In this document: positions 47,243 through 60,407 of the stretch, piece by piece
How the letters are laid out: every line of letters begins with the position of its first letter
How positions within the stretch are numbered: the first letter of the stretch is position 1
DNA from: Utricularia gibba
Lineage: Eukaryota > Plantae > Magnoliophyta
Assembly (NCBI GenBank): GCA_002189035.1
Contig: NEEC01000026.1
Coordinates: 372,001 to 436,000, forward strand
Direction of reading: 5' to 3'
DNA length: 64,000 nucleotides
Position numbers and translations under genes: made by a program
The notes under the pieces: generated by a model
What the model was told of the DNA's origin: nothing
Seen by the model: only the letters and a program-made list of their open reading frames with translations
The model's database searches: none

Positions 47243-48748
47243 ATATTTGCGAGCAAACTATTTACTTTCGGTGTGGTGCATTGTCATTCAACAATGGTTT
47301 GCTTTTGATATACATAAAAACAACTCTCATACTACTCAACCCTCTGGCAAAGTGCCTCATCCTCCTTTATCATTTAGTAATTTAACAAGTTTTTTTTTAT
47401 TTCCAAGAAAGTTAGAGAATATTTTAAATAATATAGACTAGATATATTGAACAAACAAAGTAAATATTCCTTTTGATAGCAACATTGGTAAATGAAGACT
47501 CAACAATCCTTACAAAACTTACGGGTACCGCATATGCTAAAATGGTAAATGTAGATGTGAAATTCATTAGTGGACATGGTAATATAATTTAAAAAGTTCA
47601 GTTCACAAGAGAAATTGTAACTATCAAATTTGGTAAAAAAAAATTGAGATGTATTCATATTGTCATACTGAAAAGATACATAAAAATATTAGTTAAATTT
47701 TATATGCTAATATTTTTTTAGCATATATTTATAGATTTGTTACTATTTTCGGATAAATTCCCAGAAATTATAACAGTAAATATTATAGCGTTTCATCTTT
47801 TATACCTATTGAAAGATGAACTGTATTGGTACCAACATCATTTTTGTTTTCAATTGATTATCCAAGAAAATGAGCATAACACGATCGTCATAATTTAATA
47901 ATGTACAAAGGACCCACAACCTTTTTATATTTAGGAAGACATCATAGAGATCCTACTAACAAAAAAATTCAATTGATTTGAATAATCATCTATTAAATCA
48001 GCCCTACCAAGAATTGTAATATCAAGGATGCCATTAAACCTAAGTGATAAACTTAGTTTCTTTAGAATATCATGAATATTAGAATAGTATCAACACATTA
48101 TATCGTAAATAAATTAGTAGATATTCAAAAATCTTATCTTTATGGATGCTGGTGGATATATCATTTTTGAATGTATTTATGAAAATATTTTTATTATCAT
48201 CATCATGCAAATTAATACAGAATTTATACCATTAGAATATTCAATAGAACTACTATATCTTAAAGATTTGAACATTATATTCTTATTTTTTTTCTGTTAC
48301 CAATCAATCTTAAATGCAGAAAAGAGAACTTGGATGTGATGCACAATGAATCCTTCCTGAAAGAGTTGAAGCTTGGAAGCCGCTTCATCCTACTGGTTAG
48401 GAGGATTTTGAAGCTTGGAGTTTTTCTCTGTTTGTTTGATGACTCAAAGTTATTTACAATGAAATAATAAATTAATTACTTGATGATTTAGGGGCACTCT
48501 CTGTTCTGATGTCCTTCTGAGGAGGACACGACGTTTGGTAATTGTAGTGGTGTTAGGGGCTTGGCTAACCTGTACGGATAATATAATTCCGCAAAGTGCA
48601 GTGCAGCGCAGTGCAGCAGCCAGTTCTAGTCCATGTAATTCTTCCTTTATTTTTGTCACCACGGTAGTGACCGACTTTCACAAGGAAAAAATGATAAGTG
48701 TTGTATGCACTACTACGTACACCAAAAATCAACATTATGTGTGCAGCA

Positions 48749-50528
48749 TCATCGGATCCGGTTCAAGTGAGCAAATGGTTCTGAAACTGCTGCTGCTGCT
48801 TTTGCTGCTGCCTGGGGTTTAGCGGCTTCCGGTGTACCAAACACATTCCAGAATCGAAGAGTTTCATCTCCTGCAGCGGACGCCACTTGGCATCCATCGG
48901 GACTCTGAGCCATAAAAAGAACTCGCGAGGTGTGGCCCGTCAGCTCAGCCACCTTCACCATGGAAGGGTATTTCCAGAGTGTCAACTGGTTCTGAGTAAA
49001 CCCATGAGAGCTCAGCAGCTCACGCTCATTCTTGTTCCACAGCAGTGCACACACTTGAGATCCAGTGTCCACTGAGTTTAAGCATGCGCCTGTGTGAGTG
49101 TTCCAGAACTTGATCGTTCTGTCTCCCCCACCTCCGCCAGAAGCCAGCAAGTTGCCTTGAAAAGGGCACCACGCCAGTGCTTTAACGGCTGCTGTGTGTT
49201 CCTCGAGCCTGTGAAGCCATTGGGATGCACCATTTGTTGACGCCACGGATCGGTCCCAGATGTGCAGAAAGTTGTCGTTTCCACCACTTGCTAATTGCTG
49301 TCCCGATGCCGACCATTTCAAACCGCATACCTCTTGATGATGGCCCTCATACGTTTCAATGATGTGCGACCTCACTCTCACATCGTTGTTGATGATTCGC
49401 CCATCCATTCCTCCGGTAGTAAGAATGTGACTGTTCCAGTCCAATGCACCGACGCGTGATACATGTCCTCCTCTCAGTGTTCTCAGCTGTTACAACAAGA
49501 ACAAAAATGAACACCTTGGCAACATACTACAGAATGCTTATGATACCACAGGATGGAAGGGAACTCTCACCAGTCTATTCGCATGGGTATCCCATAACTG
49601 AACCTCGGAGTTGTTAAGGCCAATGGCAATATGCCTTCCATCAGGAGCCCATTTAACACTGGTGACAGGACCATTCTCTTCCTCAATAGTCATAAGCTCT
49701 GAAGTTGCTCCATCGGCAGCATCCCACAAATACACGGTGTGCCCCAGGGCAATTGAAAGCACATTACTGCTACCCCAATCCAGTAAATTCAAATAGTAAT
49801 CATCCAAGAGATCAGGGGCATCTAAAGTCCTCTCGGAAGTCTGCATTATCACACCCCCAACTGCTTAAGAACAAGAACAGGTAACGAATCAAGGAAAAAA
49901 TGAATCAGCATAAAACTTACTTGTGGAATATGCCTGTGGGCTTTGGCGGTTTTGACTTGTTTAGCAGATGAAAAGAACTCCGAGGGAATGGCTTCCACTG
50001 GCTTAGGAGGCTTGTTTTTGAAAGCCAAAATCCGAGTCCTGTTCATGTTGAATGTCTCCGCCAGCCGCTTCCTGTACGCTTCTCTTGCTGGAGAAGAAAC
50101 CACTGCAGGATTTTCCTTACCTTTATTACCTTCCGATAGCATGTACTGAGCGTAGTCGAAATCCATCGCCGATCTATTTGGTATGAACCGATCGAGCTAC
50201 AGAAAAATCCAGAATCATCTATGTTAAAACCAGAAATCCTTTTTTTTTTTATCAGTAAAACATCACAGAAATCCTTTTTTTTTTCAGTAAAACATCACAG
50301 AAATCTCATTTCCCCCAAACTCGACCAACAAAAAAAAAAAAAAAAAAAATCAAAACCCTCCGAAACGAATCGTTCGAAGCCAAGATCTGCGGATACCCTG
50401 GGAATTAGAAACAATGGGCCACTTACATTTTCCCGAGAATTTCTTCGATGCAGATGCTGTTCTTGGAGCGGGAACCTGGATCTAGACTTCTTCGAAGATG
50501 CAGAAGAGTTGGATAATCCTGCGTCCAT
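48749..50528 (-). CDS. CDC20: APC/C activator CDC20; exons 50528-50427, 50196-49921, 49840-49571, 49486-48749; intact
   Basis: C-box DRFIPNR, KEN box (GKENP), RILAFK motif, [18 protein letters not shown]40 repeats and a C-terminal IR tail. Confidence 0.97.
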
Positions 50529-50788
50529 ATCCCTGAACAAAACAAAACAAAACAAAACAAAAACAGGATACGAGACGTGCACTATGTATGCAAGTATAAT
50601 TAGCGCTTCCTTCTCCAAACACGAAGATCAGGAAGATTCTGAAAGTTGTAAAAGATAAACAGCCAAAACGAATCCTGCAAAACAGAGTATCAGTGAAGAG
50701 CAGTTCTGATGGAGCAAGCGCTGTAGAGAGCACGCAAAACGGTTGCCAGCACAAACTTTAGTGGAGAACAATGCCAATCCAAGTGCGC

Positions 50789-50832
50789 ATTTATAATTCA
50801 AAATCTAACGGCTAGTTTTTGAAGAGCCGTTG
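50789..50832. promoter_or_regulatory. CDC20 promoter: TATA-like TATAAAT (minus strand, 50789-50795), MSA elements and a CHR-like TTTGAA
   Basis: TCTAACGGCT at 50804-50813, CAACGGCT on the minus strand at 50825-50832, and TTTGAA at 50818-50823. MSA (AACGG core) elements are established in plant G2/M genes. Confidence 0.6.
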
Positions 50833-52112
50833 TAGAAAAAGAAGGTGCTCGCTGGGTGATGACAGCTGGCCTTGATCGGGCCCTTCAGCAAGCAGGCTTT
50901 TCCGAGGCAAGGCCCAAATTCGGTAACGGGCTTCCACAGCAGTTTTGAACAGGCCCATCCTGCTTCCTTTCTGTGACATGTACAAGAACTGAGTAGGCAG
51001 CAATTAGACTGGACACGGGAACGATTCGATGGGTAACGGGTCGAATCTACAGAGCCAACATCAAGAATTGCAATTCCATGAATAAGGGTTGATGGGTTGA
51101 CTGGTCACAAATTGATCTAAATAATAATAATTTTTTTTATTTTAAATTAGCTCAATAATTATAATATTATAAAAATTAATTAAAAATTTTACCTTTAAGC
51201 ATGTGTTAAATCTAGTCACTCCAACCATTCAATTGAGGTGATTGGACATGTTACCCGACACCTCAATATCACAAATAATTCATTGATTCTGTCTTGATAT
51301 CATATTTTCATATTATTTTACCATCTTATACTACTTAAAAAAATATTAGAGCATTCATATTCATGTTTGTCCAAATTAATAATTTTTTTTTCACATCAAC
51401 TTCTCGATCTTTCACATCATATTTATTTTAATTAAAATTTAACTTTAAATATTACATCTCATCTTTCCATCTACTCTTATATTGGTATTCAAAAATTTGA
51501 TTTTTTAATATTTAATATTTTTATATTTTTACATTATTTAACTTCATTATTTATTATTTAAAAAATACAAACAATTCAACACAAGAAATAATTGAATATG
51601 AAAAACTTTAAATTAACCAGACTTAGTCCAAAAGTGATGAATCATGTCCATCTTGAGTTGTTTATGCAATGATTTTTCTCTAAATATTATAACTCTATTA
51701 AGATAGTATTTGAAAACGTGAACATTTTGTCCCAAAAGATTAGACAATTATTCAACATTTCTTTAATCATAATCTTCTAGATTTGGCTACCCCTTATTGC
51801 ATTCATCTTCTATCATAATATTATGTAAAATTATTGTGACATACATAATATCGATAAGTGTTTGATGATTCCATTATCGAATAGATGAAAGAAATGATCT
51901 CAAATCTTGCTTGAAGCATTCTAAATGCATTTTTTACATTCTTCTTTACACTCTCTTTATTATTAGCCAATAGTCTTGTTTTGGATTTTGTGGAAAAGTG
52001 ATAGTTTTCATAAAAACATGTCATTCAAGATAAATACCATCAGCTAAATAGTATCATATGTTGTATTTCTTCCCATTCACAAAATACTCAATTGAAGGGG
52101 CAACACCTCGAT

Positions 52113-52907
52113 AAGAGGTGTAATCGGTTCGAACCAAAATAGACGGTTTCAATTTCAGTTCAGTTCCAAGATATGAGTGCTGGTATAGTTCCAATTCTAA
52201 AACTAGAACTATATGGTTTCAGTTCGGTTCGACATATTTGGAACTGTGCAACCATCAATTCCGACCCGTGCGGAATCGACGGTTTGAAACCATGAACCAT
52301 ATTCAAAAATTTGAAGTATTCATTAAAATACATAAACGAGTCAATGGATTTGACAAGTATTTATGATTCTTTAAGTGCATCGTGAAAGGTGAATCATTGA
52401 CAACGCATCATTTTGGTAATGAATTTTCCAAGCACTCATATGATTCTTAAGGGCGACTAGAATCAATTTTGGACGCCCATTCTAAACATCCATAATAATT
52501 GTTAAGGATGTATAGAGACGGTTCTACAATATGAAAATTCATTTCCATCAACGACTAATGTCAGTGCTTGGAAAACACATCAATAGTAACCGTTTGATTT
52601 TGGTTTCGGTTCCGAACTGAAATTGTTGGAGTCCGATTTTCGTTTCGATTCTGAATCAAAACCGATGGAATCCGATTTTGGTTTCGGTTCCAAACTGAAA
52701 CTGTTGGAGTCCAGTTCTGGTTTCGATTCGAAACGAAACTCTTGGAGTCCAGTTTCAATTTTGGATCGGTTTAAGGTTTCAAAATCTGTTTCTAAGCCAA
52801 AATCGAAATCATAATCTACGAAGAACTATAGTGTAATAACTTATGGTTTAAAAAAAACATTCTATTCTAAACCGAAACCAAACGGTTCAAAACCAGTTGC
52901 ACCTCTT
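52113..52907. mobile_element. Non-autonomous hAT element inserted in the Harbinger transposase
   Basis: TIRs AAGAGGTGTAATCGGTT and ACCAGTTGCACCTCTT, with many AAACCG/GGTTCG subterminal repeats. Removing it plus a degenerate 8-bp TSD (ACCTCGAT/ATCTCATT) restores GACTTGCATCGAGGTGT, as seen in element B at about 59908. Confidence 0.78.
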
Positions 52908-53923
52908 ATCTCATTGCAAGTCATCGAATAAAAGTGAATGAGATAAAACATTAAGATTATTATTAGAACCGAGAATTCCAAAGAAAGAATATAAGATTTA
53001 AGTATCATTTGAAGCTATTGCCTCTAAGACAATGATAGATGAACCGTGCCTACAATTATATTGATATTTCTAAGTTATTGGACAATTCTTCCACTCATAA
53101 TACGTACAATCTATGCTTTCTAGCATATCCGTGAATCCTCTTTCCTCTCCCTATAAAAGCAAATTTTGAATATCACTTGAATTGGGGCATCTCATATATG
53201 CTATCTCGAATATAATATGAATTGCAAATACAAAACATCTTAAACATTTGATGGTAGTAGACTCATCAATTCGAAGATATTTATTACAAAATCAATACCA
53301 TATTCATAAGATATCATTCACATAGCAATAATAGATAATTCTTCCACTCCTAGTGTATTGTTGTGAATGAGACATGACATATTGCATCAATTTTTTTTTG
53401 TAAATATAGTTGTACTTCCTGAACACTACACATGTTATGCTCAAACAAACTACGATATATTCTGAAACAACATCAAAACATTTGATCATTGTATGTAGTA
53501 TTAATGGAAAAGTAATCTACTAACAGATGAGCATTGCCAAGCTGATGATCCCGATCAATATACACACTTTCCTCTCTACCTTCAAGATGGATTTCATTCA
53601 TCTTCCAATAAATAATCAACAACAACTTCAATAGCATCAACGATTATATCACAATGTCTAGACATAAGGAATGAAATATCAATTGGATTGAAATAAGCAT
53701 TTTGATATGGAACATTGTCTAAGTTGTTAGGATCCATTGAGATAGAAAACATGAGATATGGTATATATATATATATATATATAGTGGTTTGGATTGAAAA
53801 CATGATGATAGATGTGGTAAATAGAAGTCATGTGATCGGTGTGATACTTTGGTAGGTATGATAAGTATAATAGATAGAAGTCGTTTGGTTAATATGCTAC
53901 TTTCTTATGTGAGGAAAATGTTT

Positions 53924-53925
<2 letters not shown>

Positions 53926-53954
<29 letters not shown>
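53926..53954. repeat. (AT)n microsatellite
   Basis: 29 nt, read directly. Confidence 0.9.
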
Positions 53955-56900
53955 CTTTGAGGAAATTGGAGATTCTTCCAGCCGAAAATCAGATTATTGA
54001 GGATGGCTGATTTTCGGGTTAGAAAATCGATTTATATGCATACAATTTATCACTCTCGGGTTTTTTGGATCGTTGTTTAGATGAAATCAATAAAAAAAGA
54101 TGAGGTTTTTTATGTGAAAACCGCTTGAATAGAAAAACCACGAAGTTGGAAGGACTCACCGGAGAAATGATTTTACTTAAGAGAAGGAAAAAAAAATTAC
54201 AAATGATGTATCGACTGCCCTATTTATAGAAGAGGTAGCCTCGATCGAATACTGCAGATATTAACTATTTTTTGCACCTAGTGACTATATGTGTGATACT
54301 GTTAATACATAATCGCTGGCTGCTCTGAGGCTCTTGTAATTCGGCTACTTTTTAGGTTCTGTTGAAACGGCTATCATCATTCTGCTCTGATCCCTGTTGA
54401 CCCGTCCGTATGTTACAGTCTTTCAGAACTTGTTTCCTTCTTTTCAACCGATATCATCTAGGAAAAAGCCGATTTTGGCATCCCACTCTTCAACCGATTT
54501 GTACATATCTCTTACAATCACCTCTATGGCACTATCGATTTCATACCCCATTAGTGATATATCAGATTTTGGATTTGGTTTGTGAAATACCACTTGTCAC
54601 ATTAATACATGGTATTTGGATTGAATGAAAAATTAATGCAAGTTTAAATTAAAAAAATTATAGTTAATCGATCGAAATACAATGAAGTTGAATGATTGCG
54701 AACTATTGATTGAAGTATTTTCAATTGATCATTTGGCTTCTTTTAGAACAAGTATTTAGTTGGTAATCATTCTGGACTGATAATACAAATGGGTGTGGGT
54801 TATGTCATAACCCATGCTCATATGAGGGGAGAGGTAGGATCGTCATCATTACGTCCATATAATGAAATTGAATTGAGTGCTACAACATGTTTTATAAAGA
54901 AAAAGTAGCACTCGATCAACATGTAGATTGAATACAATGTCTATTTTACAAATGAAGTTAATTAGCACTCAATCTCCCATATATATAGTGATCAAGTGAT
55001 TAATCCAATATACGAGGGAACTCAATCCCATTCCTACATTCATATCATGTGCCAAATATGATTCAATTACTTGATCCTTATATCTCCCTAAATCGCTCAC
55101 TTGTACAAAGGTACACATTGAATTGTATAAGGATTTGTTAATAACCTTATTTGTATCATATCTAAAAACATGTAAATTAAAAATTCAAGAAGATCATAAA
55201 AAATATAAGGCATAATAAATAACAAAAAAATTGGTAGTCATAGCTTATGATTAAAGATATAAATGATTGAAAATAATAATTCATAAATTTGAAACCTACT
55301 ATAATATCATCAAAACCATAAACATCTAGAATTAAAAATCCAAGAAAATCATAAAAGATCTAATTCATTATCAAAATTAAAATATGGCTCCTTAGAATTG
55401 TCTACAGATATTGATCTAGGCTGATTTGCATATCCAATCTCAGTGTTCAATGAAGGGTTAGTAGGAATATAACCCAAAGTAGGCATACCAGATAATGTAC
55501 AACTACATGTCTCATTGTATTTCTTTTAGAAATCATTCATTTTGGACAAATTCATATCAATCAATAGCCTCAACTCATGTATAGAGCTGATTAAAATTTG
55601 TGCATTATTAACATAAATATGTTGTTGAAACATGTCATCCTGTCTTGCCATCTCCAATTTATATCTATCTAATTTATCAGTCAGGAGTTCTATTGTAGCT
55701 CTTTTCTCTTGGAAAATATCTTTGGAAGGACTTTTCTGAAGTTAGCGTTTTTCAGCATTCTTTTGGTGTATGGGATGCTCCAGAGTTGAAGCCTTCGAGA
55801 ATCCTTCATGATCGATTGTATTGATGAGGAATCTGACATTGTGTTCACTTTCTTTTTCTTCATTCTTATATTATCTATATTCCGTGTATCATGTAAAATA
55901 ATAAGTTACTAGAATTAATGATTAAGTGAAATATGAGGAAAAAAAATTTACTATTCTCTACCTTGGTTGATCACATATTATCTTCCAACCCTTCAAATAT
56001 ATGAATGGTTTATGAAGTATCTTATTATATTATTTCAAAGGTATTTCAACTAAATTGTTGTTGTGACCTTTAGTATGTCTTTGTTCAATGCCATCATATA
56101 TGCTAGAAAATTTTGCACATATGCATTTAACTTTCTCATTTCTTCTTTAATGAATTATGAAACTTTGCATTGATGGTGATCTTTATTGCATTACAATAGA
56201 ATAAAACTATAATTTTCCAAAAAATATTGTACTTTTTTAGAGTTACTGGAAATTAAATTAATAGTGGTGTTTAATTAAGTTAAAAATGCAACGTATATAT
56301 AAAACACTAACATTTTATTCAAATACAAGCAAATTAATTTTTTATATTAAACTATAAATATCTCAAACTAACAGTTAAATAAACCAACAATTAGAAAACT
56401 AAATGAGCTTTGATATGAAATTAATAATAAAAAGAATAAAATTGAATAAAATACGTAAAATAATTTCTAAGTATTTTACATCATTTTCAGTTACTCAAAT
56501 AATTCTATTAATCTTAATAAATATATTGACTTCCACCAAAATATGTAAATAATAATAGAATCCTTCTATAATAGTGTTTACATAAATATAAAATATTCTA
56601 TTAGATTTAAGGTTTAAAAAAAAAGGGGATAGAATTGTTTTCAATCCCAAAATATAAAAAAACAAAGGGATAGATTTAAGATTTAAAAAAACAAACACAT
56701 AGTTTTCTGTCCCAAAATAGATATTAATTAAGAAATGAACTATGTCCACGTCTTCAAAGTAATTCTAAAACATTTTTCTAATTTCAAAAGAATTGAATAG
56801 AATTGTTGAAAGGGAATGAAGTTAAAAAAATAGATTATGAAAACAAAAAAAAGGATCTTTATCCACATAAAGAGAAAGGGTGAGAACATTCTTTGTTTGA

Positions 56901-57771
56901 ATTTGTGTTATTGTAATATAGGTTAGTGGAATTAAAAAGATTGGGGACAAAGGTGAGCTGGACACCACGTGGAATTTGGATGCTCACTGATAGAAATGCA
57001 CTTAGGGCATCCACATTAGTGTCCAGATAATTATGATGTGGTGGACACGTAGATTGACGGAAATGAATGAAGATTCCGGATAACAATGCATGGTCTAGTT
57101 TTGTACGGTAATAGTTTGTCTGCGGACACTCACTCTCCGTGGACAATCAATCATTTTTTTATTTTTAATTCTTTTTTTATTCAAATATATTTAATATATA
57201 ACCTATATTTCTTCACACACAATCTCATCTCTTCATTTTCCTTCTATGTGGCGGATTTGGTTTGACAAAAGGGTGAAGATTCATTTCCAATTTTTTTGTT
57301 TATAGCTATTGGGTAGTGTAGGATTTTTATATTTTCACAAATTATGAAAGTTTTCATCTTCAATTAGTATATTAATTGTACTAATTAAAGGATTTCGAAA
57401 ATTTCTAAATGTTGTTTTTTTTTGCTTAATATTTTGGAATAACTAGTATTTGGTTATATTATAATCTTTTATAGAATAATTATATTATATACCATGGTAT
57501 AAAGTTATTTTTTTTGTAGTGTTTTATAGATTTGATGAAACTTGATTAATGTTAAATATTTGTTGATTCTATTATTATTTTTTATTTCCTTATATGCATT
57601 TTCAAAATATTTTTTTATTTTTTAAAAAATTTCAATATATTACATTTGATTTTATAGTATTTATTTTAAGTGTATTTATTTAAATATTCATATGATTATT
57701 TTTTCAATGATATTTTTTAGATTAATATGGGTTCAATGACAAGATGAACATATGAAAAAGTCAACATATTA

Positions 57772-58675
57772 GTGTCAACTTGGTTAAATACTTCCATTGA
57801 TCCCATTATCGGTAATTCTCAAAAGGTAGAGTCATTTTGGAAAGCCATTGGTTATTTCTATTGTAATGCAATCAAGGCTAATGGAACAAATGAAAAAGTT
57901 CAAGAACCTGAAGCGTTGAAGTTACACAACATAATTTTTTCTGGAATGCATGATAGTATTTCACAACATAATCCAAGTGGTTACAACAAATATGACTTAA
58001 TTGATATGAGCTTGAAGTTATATAAAGAAGAACTTCATAAACCTTTTACATATTTGGAAGCTTGGAAAATATTGCAAGATCAACCAAAATGGATGACAAT
58101 AAAATCCATTGTTATTTACATCTTGTTTTTTTTTATGAACTCTTTGTTTTGTATGAAAACAGGATGCAGACAATAGAAGTAAGAAGAAAAAGAAAGCAAG
58201 TATCACATGTGACTTTTCAACAGTTCAATCTGCTATACCTCCAAATGTGATAGAACAAGTGAATTCAGAGATTCCAACTATACAACGCCCCATTGAACAA
58301 AAGAACGCTAAAAAATTATGACTTCAGGGGAGTACCTCTAGTGGGATTTCTCAAGAGAAAAAAGATGTTGTCAAAGCCCTCACTGATAAATTGGATGGGT
58401 ATAGGATTGAAATGGCAAGACACAATACACTGTATCAACAACATATTGTAGTGAAGAATGCATAAATTGCAATAAACTCTGCGCACGAGTTGAGGTTGTT
58501 GATCAAGATGGATGTGTCTAAGATAGATGACTTTCAAAGAATGCTCCATAGTGAAACATGCAATCATGCATTATTTGGTATGAATGCTCAGCAGAATTCA
58601 CTTATTACTCAAGCTAGTTTGCTTTCTCCAAAGCCCAGTTTTCAAGAACCATATAGTGGTCAGAGTGATAATTGA
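57772..58675 (+). pseudogene. Harbinger ORF1 (Myb-like / NAM-associated domain), broken
   Basis: Reads WLNTSIDPIIGNSQKVESFWKAI...YKEELHKPFTYLEAWKILQDQPKW, then RPIEQKNAK. Confidence 0.8.
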
Positions 58676-58854
58676 TGATCCTTCATGTTATTTATTTTGA
58701 TTGAACTTGAACTTTTATGAACTATGCAACTTTAATTTAGTTTATTATATCGCACTGAACAATTTATTTAACTTATTAAACTATCTCAATAAATACATCT
58801 TACAACTACTAATTTATCCTATCAACCATACTTTATAACTACTGATCTATAACT

Positions 58855-59108
58855 ATCAATTCACCACACAACCACACCTTCCAACTATCAATCTACCACA
58901 CCAACCACACCTTCCAACTATCAATCTACCACACCAACCGCACCTTCCAACTACCAATCCACCACACCAACGATACCTTCCTATTACCAATCCACCACAC
59001 CAACCATAACTTTTAACTACCAACCTACCACATAACCGCGTCTCACAACTACAAACCTACCACACCAACCACATCTCACAACTACCAATCTACCCACACC
59101 AACTACAT
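58855..59108 (+). repeat. 33-bp minisatellite (consensus about CTACCACACCAACCACACCTTCCAACTATCAAT), about 7-8 diverging units
   Basis: Read directly; lies between ORF1 and the transposase of element B. Confidence 0.85.
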
Positions 59109-59160
59109 ATCTCATTATATATAACTTGTTCCATTGATAATGTATTCATTCCTGAATTCA

Positions 59161-60407
59161 ATGGATTCTCACAACAATGAAGAGCATATTTCTTTTCAAA
59201 ATGAGCATTTTGATCCAGATGATTTTTCAATCATTATGCCTCATCATAGTAGTGCAGTTATTGATGCTATTGAAGCTACTATTGAGTATATATTCGAAGA
59301 TGAGCTAGATCAACCCCTGACGAAATAGAGGAAAGTGTGAATACATTGATCGTGGACGTGAGTTTGGAAACACTCGCCTAATGGCAAACTATTTCTCCAT
59401 CAATGCCACCTACAATGATAAGATATTTCGTCGACGTTTTAGAATACATCGTAGTTTGTTCAAGCATATTATGTCCAATCTTATGGAAGTAGTACCATAT
59501 CTACAATGTGAATGATGGCACATGGATATGGTGCAGATGCTTGTGATGAATATCTTTGAATTGGTGAGTCAACTACCCTCAAGTGTTTAAGATCTTTTAT
59601 AATCAGAATTCATATAGTGTTTGAGACAGAATATATGAGATGCCCCAATCAAAGAGACATTCAAAGATTTTTTTCATGAGGTGATGAAAGAGGATTCCCA
59701 AGTATGCTGGGAAGTATAGATTGTATGTACTGAGAGTGGAAAAATTATCCTATAACTTGGAAAGGACAATATACTCGTAGACATGAGTCTTTTACTATCA
59801 TATTAGAGCCAGTTGCTTCAAATGATACGTGGATATGACATTCGTTCTTTGGTACTCCAGATTCAAATAATGATCTTAATGTATAATCTCATTCAACATT
59901 ATTTGATGACTTGCATCGAGGTGTGACTCCTCTTGTTGAATTCTTGGTTAACGAAAAAAATGATATGCGATATTACTTAGCTGATGGTATTTATCTTGAA
60001 TGCCTTGTTTTTATGAAAACTATTACTCTTCCACAGAATTCAAAAACAAGGCTCTTCGCTACTCGACAAAAAAGTGCAAGAAATGATGTAGAATGAGCTT
60101 TTGGACTATTAAAAGCAAGGTTTGAAATTATTTATTCACCTGCTCGCATGTGTAATCATGAAACTCTAGTTAATATCATATATGCTGCTATAATTTTACA
60201 CAATATGATTGTTGAAGATGAAGTACATGATACTCAACAAATCCTGAAGACTATGATCAAATAACACAAGAGACACCTGATTTATTAGGACAAAATATCC
60301 ATGCTTTTGAAGCATATCTTGCTAGAGTTGTGAAATCCAAGGAAACAAGTTTGCATAGATAATTGAAAGCAGATTTGATTGAGCATATTTGGAATAAGTT
60401 TAATTAA
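59161..60407 (+). pseudogene. Harbinger DDE transposase, with stops and deletions
   Basis: Motifs FRRRFRI, MLGSIDCM..EWKNYP, LEPVAS.DTWI..SFFG...SNNDLNV, YYLADGIY, RNDVE.AFGLLKARF and ILHNMIVEDE. Confidence 0.88.

Larger units (their letters stand above)
51349..56985 (-). mobile_element. PIF/Harbinger element A, decayed; ORF1 about 55400-56300 and transposase about 51560-53800, both on the minus strand
   Basis: TIR-like GAGCATTCATATT after TTA at the left and AATTTGGATGCTC at the right. Transposase motifs GFTDMLESIDC..EWKNCP, LEAIAS.D...SFFG.LGSNN.LNVL and AFRMLQARF. ORF1 motif HKPF.Y..GWKI..DQP. Confidence 0.75.

Noticed and set aside
48437-48520. Box C/D snoRNA-like TGATGA...CTGA motifs
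   Set aside because: No terminal stem and no rRNA or snRNA guide I could recognise; lies antisense to the CDC20 3' region.
52561-52814. Short ORFs with RNRNQN / FGFGS repeats
   Set aside because: Translation of hAT subterminal repeats.
58855-59108. CRISPR-like 33-bp periodic array
   Set aside because: Head-to-tail degenerate units with no unique spacers, no cas genes and a eukaryotic context; it is a minisatellite.
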